NCBI GenBank assembly: GCA_035221665.1
Contig: CM069174.1
Span: 10,850,001 to 10,914,000, forward strand
Direction: 5' to 3'
Length of the DNA: 64,000 bases
DNA from: Okamejei kenojei
Lineage: Eukaryota
Part shown: positions 12,861 to 25,829 of the stretch, piece after piece
Layout: the number at the start of each line of letters is the position of its first letter
Position numbering within the stretch: position 1 is the stretch's first letter
Notes under the pieces: generated by a model
Database searches by the model: none
What the model was told of the DNA's origin: nothing
The model's input: only the letters and a program-made list of their open reading frames with translations
Translations under genes and position numbers: made by a program

Positions 12861-13699
12861 GGGGGGGTGGGGGGAAATGAGGTCAGTGATTGGCTGGAAG
12901 ACAACGAGTTGCTGTTCAGTGGTGGGCTAGTTGCCCAGAGAGAGGCATGACCATGAACAGGTATCCAACAGTTGCCGTTCAGCTTATACAAGCTAGAAGG
13001 CAGTTTTACAATGTAAAATGTATTTGAACATTTAAAGAAAAGCAATGCATTTAGTGACCGACCACTTTACAAATCTTTTCATAACATTAAGTGTGGTCAC
13101 CGCCATGCGAAAGAAGTAAGTTTCGACAAACAGTAATGTGAATGCGGCCAGTTTATCTGTTTTAATTGTGTAGAAAGTGTTTTTTTAGTAACATCAGGCT
13201 ATTTCGCGGGTGTGGAAGCCGATAAATATTGCTCAAGAGACAGGAACTTACATCCCGCTCTTCTCAAAACAAAAAAATACCAAGGAGACACAAGGAACTG
13301 CAGATGCCGGTTTACAAAAGAAACACGAAGTGCTGGAGTAACTCAGTGGGTCGGACACGATTTTATTACTTTTACCAAAGAGAACTGACTTCGTATCATA
13401 AAGATGACACCGCCAGGATAACCATCTCTGAGCATGGATGGTTATCCTGTTTTTTTTGTATACTTGTCTCTGGAAGCAGCATGTGGAGCCTTCAGGTAAC
13501 GTTATTTGTCATTTAACATAGAGATGATAAGTTAGGAATCTCTAGGGTTTCTCACACCGAGAGGGCCGTGGAGACACAGTAAGTAGCTAAGCATATTCAA
13601 GGCTGAGCTAGGTTTTGTGCATTAAGGGATCAGTGGATGTGGGCAATTGAGCGATTTTAAGTCGAGGTGTCGGTGACTGCCTATTATTTTTGTTGCATC

Positions 13700-14260
13700 C
13701 GGGGGAATAATTGACAGCGGCCTGCGCTTCTAGCCGACAGAGCGTCGCTCTTTAACCGGGCCGCTCCCTACCTTTCTCGCGAACAGCAGATTTGCGCAAG
13801 GCTTTTGCGGCTATCTCAAGGTGGGCGAGCCATCTGCTATCACTTACCTGCACTTCGCCGTCGACCTTCCACCAGCTCTGCTCCGCGCCGCTTCTAACAA
13901 GGATCAGTGGGGCGGAGGGAGGCAAAGTCGATAGCGCCCACCCATAGAGAAGGGTTCTCAACCTCCCACACAGCAGCTCCGGAAAGGCGACCACAGTGCT
14001 TTAAAGGGACACCGCCACTTAGTATTCCAGGAAAAGGACAAAATATTTCCAGCAAGGGAGCGATTTTACTTAATGGAGGGGGGCGGTGAACTGCTCACTG
14101 ATCATAAATGGAGAGGGAGCGCCGCACAGTGGGAGGGGCGGCAAGGAGGGAGCGTCGCACGACTGAATGGGGCGGTGCCTGTGCCGGGAAAGCGGTTCGC
14201 TGAGTGAGACTGATGGAATGTTGTGATGGGCGGCGCTGGGGGCCTAGCGTCACACTTGCC
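13700..14260. promoter_or_regulatory. CpG-rich promoter region with several GC boxes (INPP1-like promoter)
   Basis: Local CpG enrichment; GGGCGG motifs near 13910, 14081, 14136, 14170 and 14228. Confidence 0.65.
13848..13950 (-). other. Probable non-coding first exon of the INPP1-like gene (5' boundary approximate)
   Basis: Consensus donor CAG|GTAAGTG at 13848/13847 inside a CpG-rich stretch. The ATG exon has a splice acceptor upstream of the start, so an upstream exon is expected. Confidence 0.6.
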
Positions 14261-16005
14261 ATTGGAAAGGAGTTGTGAAAGTTTACCTTGTTACCTTTCT
14301 CACTGAGCATGCCATGGCGTGATATTGAAGAGGAATATGAGTGCTCCCCCCCACTTTTCTGGTGTCATTTATTGTGTTCAATAATGGGCATCAATTTAAT
14401 ATCATTCGTTATTTGTGGGAGTCCACTGTGTGAAACTTGGCTGCCCATTTTTCTACATTTAAAAAAATATACATTTGCAGGAGCCTTTGAAGATTATGCT
14501 TCCTTGCATGGAGTGGGACTCTTATCTGAAGTCTGCATGTACTACTTTCTTTGTCTGTTGATGAGCATAAATGCCTAAAACATCAATAAACTAGAATAAG
14601 GAACAAAATATGCCCCAATTTTTGAAGAGGTCTGATCAATAAATACCAGCTCATGAGTAAAATAGGACATCTGAGGCATTATGACAATCTTCCAAAGCAG
14701 GGAGACATTGGAAAGACTGCAATACTGCAAATAACATTGACAGCTGGAACTATATTTTAATTTCCAAAGTTTCCTTTAAATACAAGGAATGAAACACACG
14801 TAGATAGAGAGTGGTAAAGAAACCATATGGTATGCTTGCCTTCATTGATCAGGGCAATGAATATAAGAACAGAGTTTTGGATGACCTCACCTTTATGGTG
14901 GGTTGAACAAGGGTAATCCCAGAACATTTGGTCACGTACATTAAAGCTTGATGTCACTGTCAAATATCCTTTCTGCAGCCAGTGGTCAGCTTTGGCGATA
15001 GTGCTGTGTTCATCTGTACAGCCATGTTGTGATCTAGGTTTCCCCTCTTTGGTTTTTGAATTTGATACGTTGTTGTATTTTAAGATTCTTTCAGTTTAGC
15101 CAGACAGTTTATTAGATTATTGCCTTGGGAATAGATAAGACCTTGTATTTCATCAATATATTATGCCCTATTATTGTTCTCACCTTTGCAAGTATTTTTG
15201 TAGAAAGAATCTCTGCCTCCATTATCCTGTCATGTAGTGAATTCCAAATTCTCACCACTCACTGAACAAAACTATTTCTTCTCATCTTAAATATATGCTC
15301 CCCAGTAACTGAACTGTTTGATAAGGGATTTTTTTTCTCTGTTTACCCTGTCCAGGGCGCTTATAAATTTATACACTTCAAGTAAATCTCTCATCGATCC
15401 AAAAATATCATCAATCCCTAGTACTTTTTCCCTGGTGACATAACTTCAGTACTTTTTGCCTTGATAACATTGTTATTCCTCTTCTCTGCACTCTAGTGCT
15501 GTCAGATCCTCCCATTATCCTTTATCTGTGCAGTGTTGTCAGCTTGATTGTAGTCATGTATAGTCATTTCTTTGACTGGACAGTAAGCAAACAAGCTTAT
15601 CACTGTAACTTGGTACACGTGACAATAATAAACTAAACAGTAACGTGATAACCACAACTGTGCACTGTACTGTACTGTGGTCTCACTTGTTATAGTTGTA
15701 ACAAAAAACTCCCTGCTCCAGTGCTATATGCCTGAGGTTTTTTTTTGTAATGCAAGTATTCCATATACCTTCTTAACCACTATTTCCTTGTCCTCCTAGC
15801 TTCAGGCCAAGGTTCACCTTTGTGTTTGACTGCTTGCCATTTACCACTCATTAAAACAAAGCAATATGAGGTGAACAGTGCACTCACTTCTGAGTTACAG
15901 ACTTCTGGACCAGTGATCCAGAGACAAGAATATGAATCCCACAATGGCAAATGTAAATGCAAATAATTAAATAAGTGACTGTGAAACTACCAGATTGTCA
16001 TCAAA

Positions 16006-16174
16006 TGTGTAGGAAGGAACCGCAGATGCTGGTTTACACTGAAGGTTTACACCTGGTTTGCACCAAAGAAATCGTCAGACTGAAGAAGAATCCCGACCCG
16101 AAACGTCACCCATTCCTTCCATCCAGAGATGCTGCCTGTCCCGGTGACTTACGCCAACATTATGTGTCTATCTA
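16006..16174. mobile_element. Inverted-structure short element with 14-bp TSD
   Basis: AGATTGTCATCAAA at 15992-16005 and 16175-16188. Confidence 0.8.
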
Positions 16175-16479
16175 AGATTGTCATCAAAGTCTGGTTCATT
16201 TATGTCCTTCGGGCCAGGAAATCTGTCTTCCTTACCCAGACTGGCCTGCATGTGACAACTGGTTGACTCCTGGTTTAGGAGCAATTAAATGCTGTTAGTT
16301 AGAAACAATAAAAGTTAGAAAAAGAAAATCAGGGTGAAAGGACAATTTGTAGTGAAAGGACAATTTGTAAGGATTGTTGTTTTTTTTTGTTACTAAAAAA
16401 GAGAGTTGGCACATCGCTAGGACTGTGTGGATTTTTACATTTTATGTTGAATATTGCTAAAAAGCTTTTTAAATTTACC

Positions 16480-17010
16480 TCCATTGGTTTCTACATTAAT
16501 TTTACTTCAGGGCGCCATAGCAACGGATGACCCAGTTGTAGTCGCGGTCTCACGGGGACCAATGGCGCGGCGTCTTGTTGATCGTGACTAACGCGGCCCA
16601 GGATTGGACAGGTGGCGAGCGGCGGTGGGAGGAGAAGAGTTTGGCAAGATGGCGGACAGGACGGGGGTGGACATTAGCAAATTGAAGGTACAGGGAGCTG
16701 AAACCCAGGCGAGGTTCGGGGGAATCTTTGGGCACAGGATAAGCCGAGGATCGCGAGTCCGGGACTGCATTCAGCAGACGAAGCAGCCGCTAGGCTTCAT
16801 CTGTTACTTGCTTGTCCTCCCGGAGACGCTACGGGGGGTGGGGGGGGCTGTTTGCCGTTTGCCGCTTGCCGCGGTCGATTCCCACCCCTTCCCCCTCTCC
16901 CCGCAACTGCCGCTCTGAGGATGGGGTTATTTTTCCGGTTCAAAGTCACCCACCATTACTGTCTCCCGCCCCAACGCTTTAAGCGGCATAAACGTCGTGA
17001 CGAGTAGCAA
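16480..17010 (+). promoter_or_regulatory. SARNP CpG-island promoter
   Basis: CpG-rich. RFX X-box-like GCCATAGCAAC at ~16514, CCAAT at 16559, ATTGG at 16603, YY1-like AAGATGGCGG overlapping the ATG. Confidence 0.7.
16649..16687 (+). CDS. SARNP: SARNP (SAP domain ribonucleoprotein, CIP29/Tho1) exon 1/11
   Basis: AAGATGG Kozak context; MADRTGVDISKLK|gtacag. Confidence 0.9.
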
Positions 17011-17876
17011 CACATGGCTCCCACACGGCCTAGTGGATTAATGAACCATCGGAACCAGGATCGAGTACACACGCCTGTATCCACATGGGTTACAAGTCGG
17101 ATCACATGGGATGTAATTCCTGAAGGCGTGGATGGATAAGCTTTTATTTATTTTTATTTTTTTCAGAAAAAAAAAATCTGAATCACGTCAAGATATAGTG
17201 TTTAAGTTACTGGAGCTGCATCCAGAGACCTGGAACATTGATCCCGTGACATGAATTCATCCCACCGTAGTGGCTGGGAGATTTAAATTCAAGTAATTCA
17301 ATAAATCTGGATTAACCATTCAGTATCAATAATCAGAAAGCTATCCATATGCCTTATGGGAGGGGGAAAACATAATAATGGCCTGCAGTAAGAAAAATCG
17401 TATTTCTTACCCATTCTAGGTTATTATATGAGGGCAGTCCCAGTAATCTGACGTAACAGCCACCTAAATTTGGAAGCAATTCGGGCTGTATAATAAACGG
17501 CAAATTTTGTTTTTAAATTGTGTGGGGGGTGGCAGGAGCAGGGGCCATGTGCAAATAACTGATTGATCCCCAAATTGTGAGGAGGAACGCTGATACAGTT
17601 TTGAATAAAGGAAAGTATTTTAAATTATAAAAGGCTGTAACAAGGTGAGTAGCAAATGCTGTCTCCTTCAATTGAGGAGTTGAAGGTTTATCAATTTTAA
17701 ACTTCTGGTAGAAAAATTAAGCTCTTCAGAGTTTGAAAATAAAGTAGTTGAGACAGAAACAATTGTATAATGAGGGCAGGATTATTTTTTTTAATACTAG
17801 GATATGGGGAAACAGTAGGATGACTGGATGAATCTAAGCCTCCACAATTCCAAACTTTCTTTTTACGTTATTTTAG

Positions 17877-17976
17877 TTGACTGAACTGAGACAAGAATGT
17901 GTTTCGAGAGGACTAGATTCTAAAGGAAACAAACAGGATCTCATCCAGAGACTGCAGGCTTACCTGGAAGAACATG
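17877..17976 (+). CDS. SARNP: SARNP exon 2/11 (SAP domain)
   Basis: ttag|...G|gtaac, 100 nt; LTELRQECVSRGLDSKGNKQDLIQRLQAYLEEH. Confidence 0.95.
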
Positions 17977-19743
17977 GTAACATTTTAATTACTACTTATT
18001 TCTACTACATATCCCCAACGTTATAAATTTTGTTCAACATTTATAATTTAATCTAGTATGTACTTATGGCAGATTGTGAATTATTTCTTGCTAACCAGAC
18101 ATTGAATTTGCAAACAACAAGTCCATTGAGTTGTTAAGTGTTAATCTAAATTAATTCTAAATCATACACTTCTTGATCGCTATAAAAGGTGACAGCATTA
18201 GCAGTAGTTGATCAAACTGCTCAATCTGTACTCTTCCAAGTTATACTATCATATGATTTCTTCCTGTCACTAATTTATGTTTGAAAACTCATGATTTAGT
18301 GGTTTTGCCTTCAGTGTAATTTTGTTCCAGTTTCTTTAAGCATATGCTTACTGATGTATTATAAAAAAAAATCTCTTTAAATGTAGCCCATGTATCCAAT
18401 TATCCTTTCCACAATGTTCTCAAGTCAGATTCTCTGATACACAAAATATAGCACCAAATGTTTAAGTCGTTTTTTAAGGATTGCTTGGGTAATGAACAAA
18501 GTACACAGTGGGAAACAAACGAGCAAATTCATGATTTTTGAATCAAGAATGATTAGAAATGGACTTTAAGGTTTTTAAGCTAACAAATTCAAAAGTTATG
18601 GCATCCCTTGTCTTAATCAGATGCTTTGACAGGATGGGATGTTTTGCATGTATTTGTGAAAGTGAACCAAATGGTTACCTCATTTTTATTTGCGCCATGC
18701 ATTGTATGTTGTCACGGACTTTGGATGCAATTGCAGCTCTTGTAGCTCATCCCTGTTCAAAGTCGCTATTTTAGATGTGCAGTGGAAGAGTGCTTATTTT
18801 CTCTTCAATCTGTTCAAAAGACCTAGTTGAAACCATAGTCTACTCCATGTGGATTTCTACTGAATTTTTTCATTATGACCTAGACAATATATGTGAGTTT
18901 TATATGTTGAAATGAAAAGAATGTTAAAACGATGGTGAGACACCATTTTAAAACTAAGTCTTAATGTCCATGTGTGAATTTGCAGTCCTTTCGCATGTTT
19001 TGTATTCAGCAATACTATAGGCTTCCTTTAAAATGCATTTAATTGCAATGTGGTTTAAAACCATAATTAAATTAGTTGATATTTATATTGTTTGTGGCTT
19101 CTGTACTGAGTCTGCTGATGTCGGCCATATAAATAGTTGGGTATTCAAACAAAACTTAAAAATAACGGAAAAGCTCACCACTTCAGACAGACTGCACATG
19201 GAGAGCAGGGGAAAGTTACATTATGAGTGCACTTGTCTGTTTTTTTGCTTCTGGGTTAGAGTAGAAAATTAGCATTAATTTTGCATGTGCCAGGCTGTGA
19301 TGCCCCTTTTTGGCTGAATAGTTCAATAAAACACGAATACAATAGATTATTATCAAGAAAAGTAGGTAAGCAAGCAGAGCTGGTTAACAATTACAAATAT
19401 TGAATCCATCTAGAAAATATTTCTGTTGTATACTTTAACAGTGATCTGCAATATGTGTCGTATTGGTTACAGTGCACGAGCTTAATGTCATCACACAGCA
19501 AATGCAGCATATAAGGGGAGGGGCTGAAGATATTTTGTTGTGAAGTATGTGTGCTCTTTAACCCTAATTCTAGGGAAAGTTCTTTATGCTGTGCTTCCTT
19601 TTAAACTACAATTTTCTAATACTTTCTAGAGCTTGACCTTCAATAGAGTGACTGAATATGTAGGTAATTAACTGTTAAATCTAGTTCTTCTGTGAGATCA
19701 AACTAGTAATGGTCCTGTTTAAATATGCTACTTTCTGTTACAG

Positions 19744-19790
19744 CTGAGGAAGAAGTGAATGAAGAAGATGTTCTAGCTGAAGATACAGAG
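19744..19790 (+). CDS. SARNP: SARNP exon 3/11
   Basis: cag|...GAG|gtaga, 47 nt; AEEEVNEEDVLAEDTE. Confidence 0.93.
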
Positions 19791-20439
19791 GTAGATATCA
19801 TCTCAGCGTATCGTTGCTTACCAAAATGCTGTGGCATCAACGTTAAAACACGTAGTTAAGCTATCTTTGTCTAGTTCTACATATGGCAATTCACATCTGG
19901 GGTTCTGCCGTGACTCTTTTTACTGATGGTACTGGGATTGTGGAGATGAGCAAGTCAACATGTCTGCAGTCATTACTTATTGGGTCTGTTTTATGTTTCT
20001 TAAATAGAATATCATTGAAACACTATTCTTGGGCCTTAAGGGAGATGCCAAGAAAGCCTTGGGCTTGGGTGCAATGAGAGCAATCTCGGGCTAAGGGATT
20101 GAACTCGGCTGCGGAGTAATTTCTTTACCCAGTGTTGGGAATCTTTATGTTCTTCGCCCATGAGATTTGAATGCTCGATCGTTAAGTATGTTTGAGGCTG
20201 TGACTGTTTAAATTTTTGCGTTATGAGATTTGGCATTGGAGGCAACATCGTGTTGGGTGATAGGCTGAGATTTATGGGTTTGTATACGTTAGTCAATAAG
20301 TTTGATGAACCTTTTTGAACATTAGATTTCTGGGGGAAATTACATAGCAGTATCTAAATCCTTGGCTGAATGTTGAGAATGTGTATTGCCTTGAAATGAC
20401 CAATGAATAGGTTAGTTTGACATATCGCTTTGCACTGTA

Positions 20440-21165
20440 GAGTCACGCATCGTAGAAACAGACCCTTTGGACAACTTGCCCCTGCTGACCAACATGCGCC
20501 ATCTGCGCTAGTCCCACCTATCTGTATTTGGCCCATATCCCTCTAAATCATTCCTATTCATGTATCTGTCCAAATGTCTTTTAAATCGTGTTATACTATG
20601 TGCCTCAAATACTTCACTCTTTGTGTGGAAAAGGTTGCCCCTCAGTTTCCTATTAAATCTTTCCCCTCTCACTGTAAAATTATGTCGCCTGGTACTTGAT
20701 TCCCCTACTCTTGGTAAAAGACTCTGTGCATTCACCGTATCTATTCCTCTCGTGATCTTGTACACCTTTTTAAGGCAGAGAGAGAGAGGTAGATATTACG
20801 GGTGTCGGGTTATAGGGAGAAGGCAGGAGCATGAGGTTAGGAGAGAGTGAGAGGTCAGCCATGATTGAATGATGGAGTAGGCTTGATGGACTGAATGGCC
20901 CAATTCTGCTCCTATCACTTGGAACACCTCTATAAGATCACCTCTCATCCTCTTGCCCTCTTAAGTAATACAGTCCTAGCCTGTTCAACCTCTCCCTATA
21001 GTTCAGGCCCTCAAGTCCTGGCAACACCCTTGTAAACCTACTAGCCACTATTTCCTGCTTAACAACGTCCTTCATATAGCAGGGTGACCAAAACTGAACA
21101 CTTATTCCAAATGTTGCCTAACGTCTTGTACAACGTTAACATAATATCCTAACTTCTATACTCGG
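20440..21165 (-). mobile_element. CR1 3' fragment with a nested plus-strand CR1 tail (~20775-20920)
   Basis: YKITRGIDTVNAQSLLPRVGES... CR1 ORF2 C-terminus; host sequence resumes after the insert. Confidence 0.75.
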
Positions 21166-21754
21166 TCAGATTAGTTAGAAGAATTTATGCTTTAAAACAG
21201 GGCATTTTAACAGGAAAAATGCCTTTAAGAAATAAGAAAATAAAAGCAAGCTCCAGTTATTTGGTTATTTAGCAAAGTTATGGAATATGGGATATCTGTG
21301 CAAGTGCTGAGCAGTTGTAGTGCATCATATTCTGGGAAGGATGTTGTGGCAATTGGAGTGCAGCAATTTTTTATGCGGACACTGCAGAATACGGGGATTT
21401 TTGGAAGATGAACAGTTTAAATTTGATATGTTTTAATGAGCTGAATGTGTTTTATAGTTAATATTTAGAGATATTTGTCTATCAAAGGTGATTAGGTGGA
21501 ATAAAAACACTACTTTGTGTTGATCTCTCTCCTGCCACTATTCAAGGAGAACAGTCAAAATATTGGACATTCTGGAGATGTGATGGAGCATGATGTCTCT
21601 GTATCTCTCATGTTAGCCACTGGAAAACAGAATGCATTGACATTTTTACCCTGAACTCCTATGTTTCAGCAAAGACTAAAGTGTTTGTTGTTTTAATTGT
21701 AGAGTATAAATACTTATTTCTTGAAAACATTGATGTTCTTCACTTCACACACAG

Positions 21755-21825
21755 GAAGAAGAACAGCAACAGAAAGCTGAGCCAGAAGTTGAAGGTCAAA
21801 CTGTTGCTGCCAAGGAACCGGAAGA
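21755..21825 (+). CDS. SARNP: SARNP exon 4/11
   Basis: acag|...GA|gtaaa, 71 nt; EEEQQQKAEPEVEGQTVAAKEPE; phases fit neighbours. Confidence 0.8.
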
Positions 21826-22319
21826 GTAAATATTACTAATTTCAGTTTCGCATTATTTCGCTGTGTAACTTGCCATCTATATACAAAAAGTTGGAATTGT
21901 GCTGATAAACTACAAATTCTGCTCACATTTTGGATACAATTTCCTAGGAAAAATTATATTTTCTGATATAATGTTGATTGTTCTGACCTGTCCAATGTTG
22001 ATTTGCAGTTCTGGCTATTGAGTACCTCTTTGCAAAAGCAGCTAGCTAGTCTTGTTGGAAATCAAACGTGCACTTGTGCTAGCACTGCATGTAATGGGAA
22101 GATATTGTTCATAACTTAAATATTTTCAATGCAAGGTGGAACTGATCTTATTGACTTTGGTTGCGTGTTGAATATTTGATGTTTCAAATTCTACTGCTAA
22201 ATTAGGCTTATCAAAATTGTTTTGTCTTTCAGCCTACAATCAATCTTAATTCTGCTCTAAGATGCTACTTTAAGATTAATGAGAAGTGTGCTACATATAT
22301 TGTCCTCAACGTTGCTCTT

Positions 22320-22650
22320 TATAGGTTGATTAACCTGTACATTAGATGCACAGTCTTTTCCCCAAAGTAGGGCTAATCAAGAGCCAGATGATATGGGTTA
22401 AATGTGAGAGGGAAAAGAAATAGGTGCTTGAGGGACAATTTTATTCTCACTGATGGTGGTGGGTATATGGAATGAGCTACCAGAGGAGATGGTTGAGGCA
22501 TGTACTAGAGACATTTAAAATACATTTGCACAGGTACTTGGGTAAGAAAGGAGGGTTATGGGCCAAACGCATGCCGTTGAGACTAGTGTAGATGGGGCAA
22601 CTTGGTCGGCATGGACATGTTTGGCGAAAGGGCCTGTTTCCATGCCGTAT
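22320..22650 (+). mobile_element. CR1 3' fragment
   Basis: Similar to 32230-32540 (GTAGATGCACAG...GGGCCTGTTTCCATG). Confidence 0.7.
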
Positions 22651-23003
22651 ATGATCCTAAAGATCACTAGTGATGCCTCAATTTCTGGTTGTCCACCTCA
22701 TACTCTATGACATACTGTGTAGCTGCTGCTTTAAGTAATATTTTAGGAATGGTGATCCAGTGTGGATTTCAAACTGGGTCATTTGAATGTGAATCATTGT
22801 CCCATTCCTAGAACTCTTGCCTTGATGATTGAGTGACATTTTTGGATCTGGTGCAAGATTTTTTTGCAAATTATAATCTACCCCTTTTTCTTAATTTTAA
22901 AACGGTCTCTTCTGGGGTGGGGAAGGGGGAGGAGGGTTATTGCTATTTAAAATGAATATCAGATGTTTTTGATTTCCCTATTCTAAAAGTGTTTATTTTT
23001 CAG

Positions 23004-23055
23004 AACTGCAGCAAAGAAGTTGGTTAAAATAGTGGGACCACTGACAGAGAGCGAG
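23004..23055 (+). CDS. SARNP: SARNP exon 5/11
   Basis: ttcag|...GAG|gtgag, 52 nt; TAAKKLVKIVGPLTESE. Confidence 0.88.
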
Positions 23056-23689
23056 GTGAGTATCAAGGTACTTTTGCAAATTTCCCTGACTTTGTGTTTT
23101 ACTTGCACTAATAATCATTTTTTACGACTGCATGTCTTGTAGTTATTTGATAACCACAATTAAATGTTTAATCTAACAACATAACTAATCCTAGTATCCC
23201 TTTATTATTTGAACATATGTTTCACTCGTTTGTACCTCTAATAACTGGGGTTGCTGGTACAGTCTCCACCACTTGTAGCTGGTGTGTTCATGTGAGTGTG
23301 ATTTGCCCATTACATGATGACTTGTATAACCCGTATGTGGGTTGTGTTTGTGATGCAATAGGTTGAGGTACATTGCAGATGAGTCGCAACAGACGGTTTT
23401 CAGCATAACTTTCGCACAGCTTCAGCATGCCCATGACCTTACCAGTGCTCTTTGTGGTATGTGCAGGACCCATCCACCCGCATTCCTTTTGTTCACTGAT
23501 ATTTCTGAATTTTGATTACAAAAAAACACTGAAGAGTACATACTAAGAGTGTATTGGGGGGCATAACTCTGGTTGCCAACAGTTTAATAACATTGTTGAG
23601 CTCTGGACAAAGGCTGAAAAGTATAACAGTGCTGACTCCAGTGGACTCCTGCAGCATCTAAAAGGACCACTAAACGCAGGCGAATGGCT

Positions 23690-24590
23690 GTGGTAGCAGA
23701 TACAACAGTGTTAATATCTGGACAGTGTAACCAGATAGTTAAGTGTGGACAAGGGCTGCAGGTAAGTGTGCCAAATCTAGACACTGGCAGAAGATTATGT
23801 GCTAAATTCTGCACAATGGCAGCACTAAATTCTGGTCAATGGTGGCAGATTATAGCATCATTCAATTCTGAACCATAGTAGCATTAAAGTCTGTGCACTT
23901 GTTGCAATTAACCTCGGCACAGGCAAGAGACTACTACAGCTGAACATTAGACAACTGCAGCACATTATAGCAGTATTAATCTCTGTACATCGGCGGCTTA
24001 TAATGACGCTAAACTGGGCAGTGGTGGCGGCAGAACAAAACAATGCTAAACATTGCAGCGGCAGAATGAAATGCTAAACTGGCGGCTCTGACAAAAATGG
24101 CACTAAAGTGAGCAGCAAGCAGCAATTTATAATGGCACAAAACTGGGTAGCAGCGGCTCGGCAAAATGGGCAACAGTGGCTCGGAACAAAATGGCGCTAA
24201 ACTGGGCGTTGGCAGTGCTTTATAACGGCACTAAACTGGACATTGGCGGTGGTTTGAAATGGTGAAACCATTGCAGCTCTATGAAATAGCGCTGAATTGG
24301 GCAGTGGCGGCTCAGAGCAAAATGATGCTAAACTGGCTAGTGGCGGCTCAGAACGAAATGGCGCTACATTGGGCAGTGGTGGCACCGGTCCATAATTACA
24401 CTAAACAGTGGCAGTAAATTGGACAATGCGCTAAATTTGTTGGTTGTATTGTGGCAGATTATAGCAATGCTAAAGTCTTATGAGCAAGTGACCACTATCA
24501 TAATTGTACTAAACTCTGAATGTACGCAGCAGGTAAATATGCTAATTCTTGGTCATTGGCACTAAATTATAATGGCGCTAAACATCATTC
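23690..24590. repeat. Degenerate ~33-bp minisatellite in SARNP intron 5
   Basis: Recurring AATGGCGCTAAACTGGGCAGTGGCGGCTC(A/G)GAAC, best preserved at 24000-24390. Confidence 0.75.
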
Positions 24591-24659
24591 TCCCTGTGGC
24601 ACTGGCTACTTTTGAGGTTTTAGTTGCGTCATTTGCCGTTGTTTGAAACCAAATGCAAA

Positions 24660-24750
24660 AGAAGGGTCTCGACCCGAAACGTCGCCTATCTCCTTCGCTA
24701 CCTTAGATGCTGCTGCACCCGCTGAGTTTCTCCAGCCTTTTGTGTACCCG
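24660..24750 (+). mobile_element. Short element, truncated before the CTGA
   Basis: GAAGGGTCTCGACCCGAAACGTCGCC... Confidence 0.7.
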
Positions 24751-25281
24751 CAAAGAATTTGTAAGTTTGTCAATTTCCTGTGCACTATGTTGCAGGTAGG
24801 TGAGTACAATTGTTTCTACCCAAAGTAAAATGGAGCATTTAAGATGCTATAACCATCAGTGTTGAATGAGGTTTGGTCTAAATTACTGTCTGATAAGTAG
24901 TAATGACCATCAGAGGCCTTCCCTCAAGCATATTTAAAAATAATAATGGGTGATATTGGAGTTTGATATTGGATACTCTCTTGGGTACAGTAGTTCCGTA
25001 AGTAGTTGGAAAGTCTTGGATTTGAGCTTGTGTCTGATTTTTAAGTGCCATTGTGTAACTCGATTGTGACCCTTGGGTGATCTCAACCTGGAGGGAAAAT
25101 GACAGCAACACTGGCAATAGTTTTGGCCTAATCTTGACTACTTATTCTGTTTAAAATTACATTTGTACTCCATACACTTGGAGTTACTGTATTGTATTTG
25201 GGATTATTTTACCCCCATAATTTATTTATTTTGCTCTCAAAGAACTTGATGTTATTTAATATTTTTCTTCTCTACATACAG

Positions 25282-25355
25282 AGGCTAAAGAAAAGAGCAG
25301 AGCGCTTCAATGTGCCAGGGACAGCTGAGAGTAAGAAAGCTGCTCGCGCTGCACG
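25282..25355 (+). CDS. SARNP: SARNP exon 6/11
   Basis: cag|...CG|gtaat, 74 nt; RLKKRAERFNVPGTAESKKAARAA(R). Confidence 0.95.
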
Positions 25356-25829
25356 GTAATAACTATTGCATAAAATTAAGATTTGCAAATACATTCCAAC
25401 CTTCAGACTGAAGTGTTGATCTTGTCTTGGGGGATAACAAGAATAAACTTTCAATCATATTGGCAGTGGAACTGTTGTCATATGTGGTGCATATATGACC
25501 AATACCGAGAGCACCATGCAAGGGTGATGTGAGCAACTGTATAGATATTGTCTCGTTCATTGGTGAGCAGCAATGGTAAACATACCTGCTTACTTGAATA
25601 TCTATTATCACATTTACTTGTATCCGCTATCGGCCTTAACTCCAGTTCTTCATTCTCCAGTTTTTCATAGATAATTAGTCGGCAAAATAATTAGAAGTGT
25701 AAATTAATATGATATTTAGGCAATATGCCATTTCAAAATAATTTATTGGGAGAGGCTAAGAATTAATATAGTTAGCACAGAGAATATCACTTGGACAGCA
25801 TTTGGGGGCTGAAGCTTAAGAAAATGAGA

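Noticed and set aside
16604-16918. 104-aa ORF spanning SARNP exon 1
   Set aside because: Non-ATG start and read-through into intron 1; only 16649-16687 is coding.
23690-24590. CRISPR-like repeat/spacer appearance of the ~33-bp array
   Set aside because: Vertebrate intron, degenerate contiguous units, no unique spacers and no cas genes.
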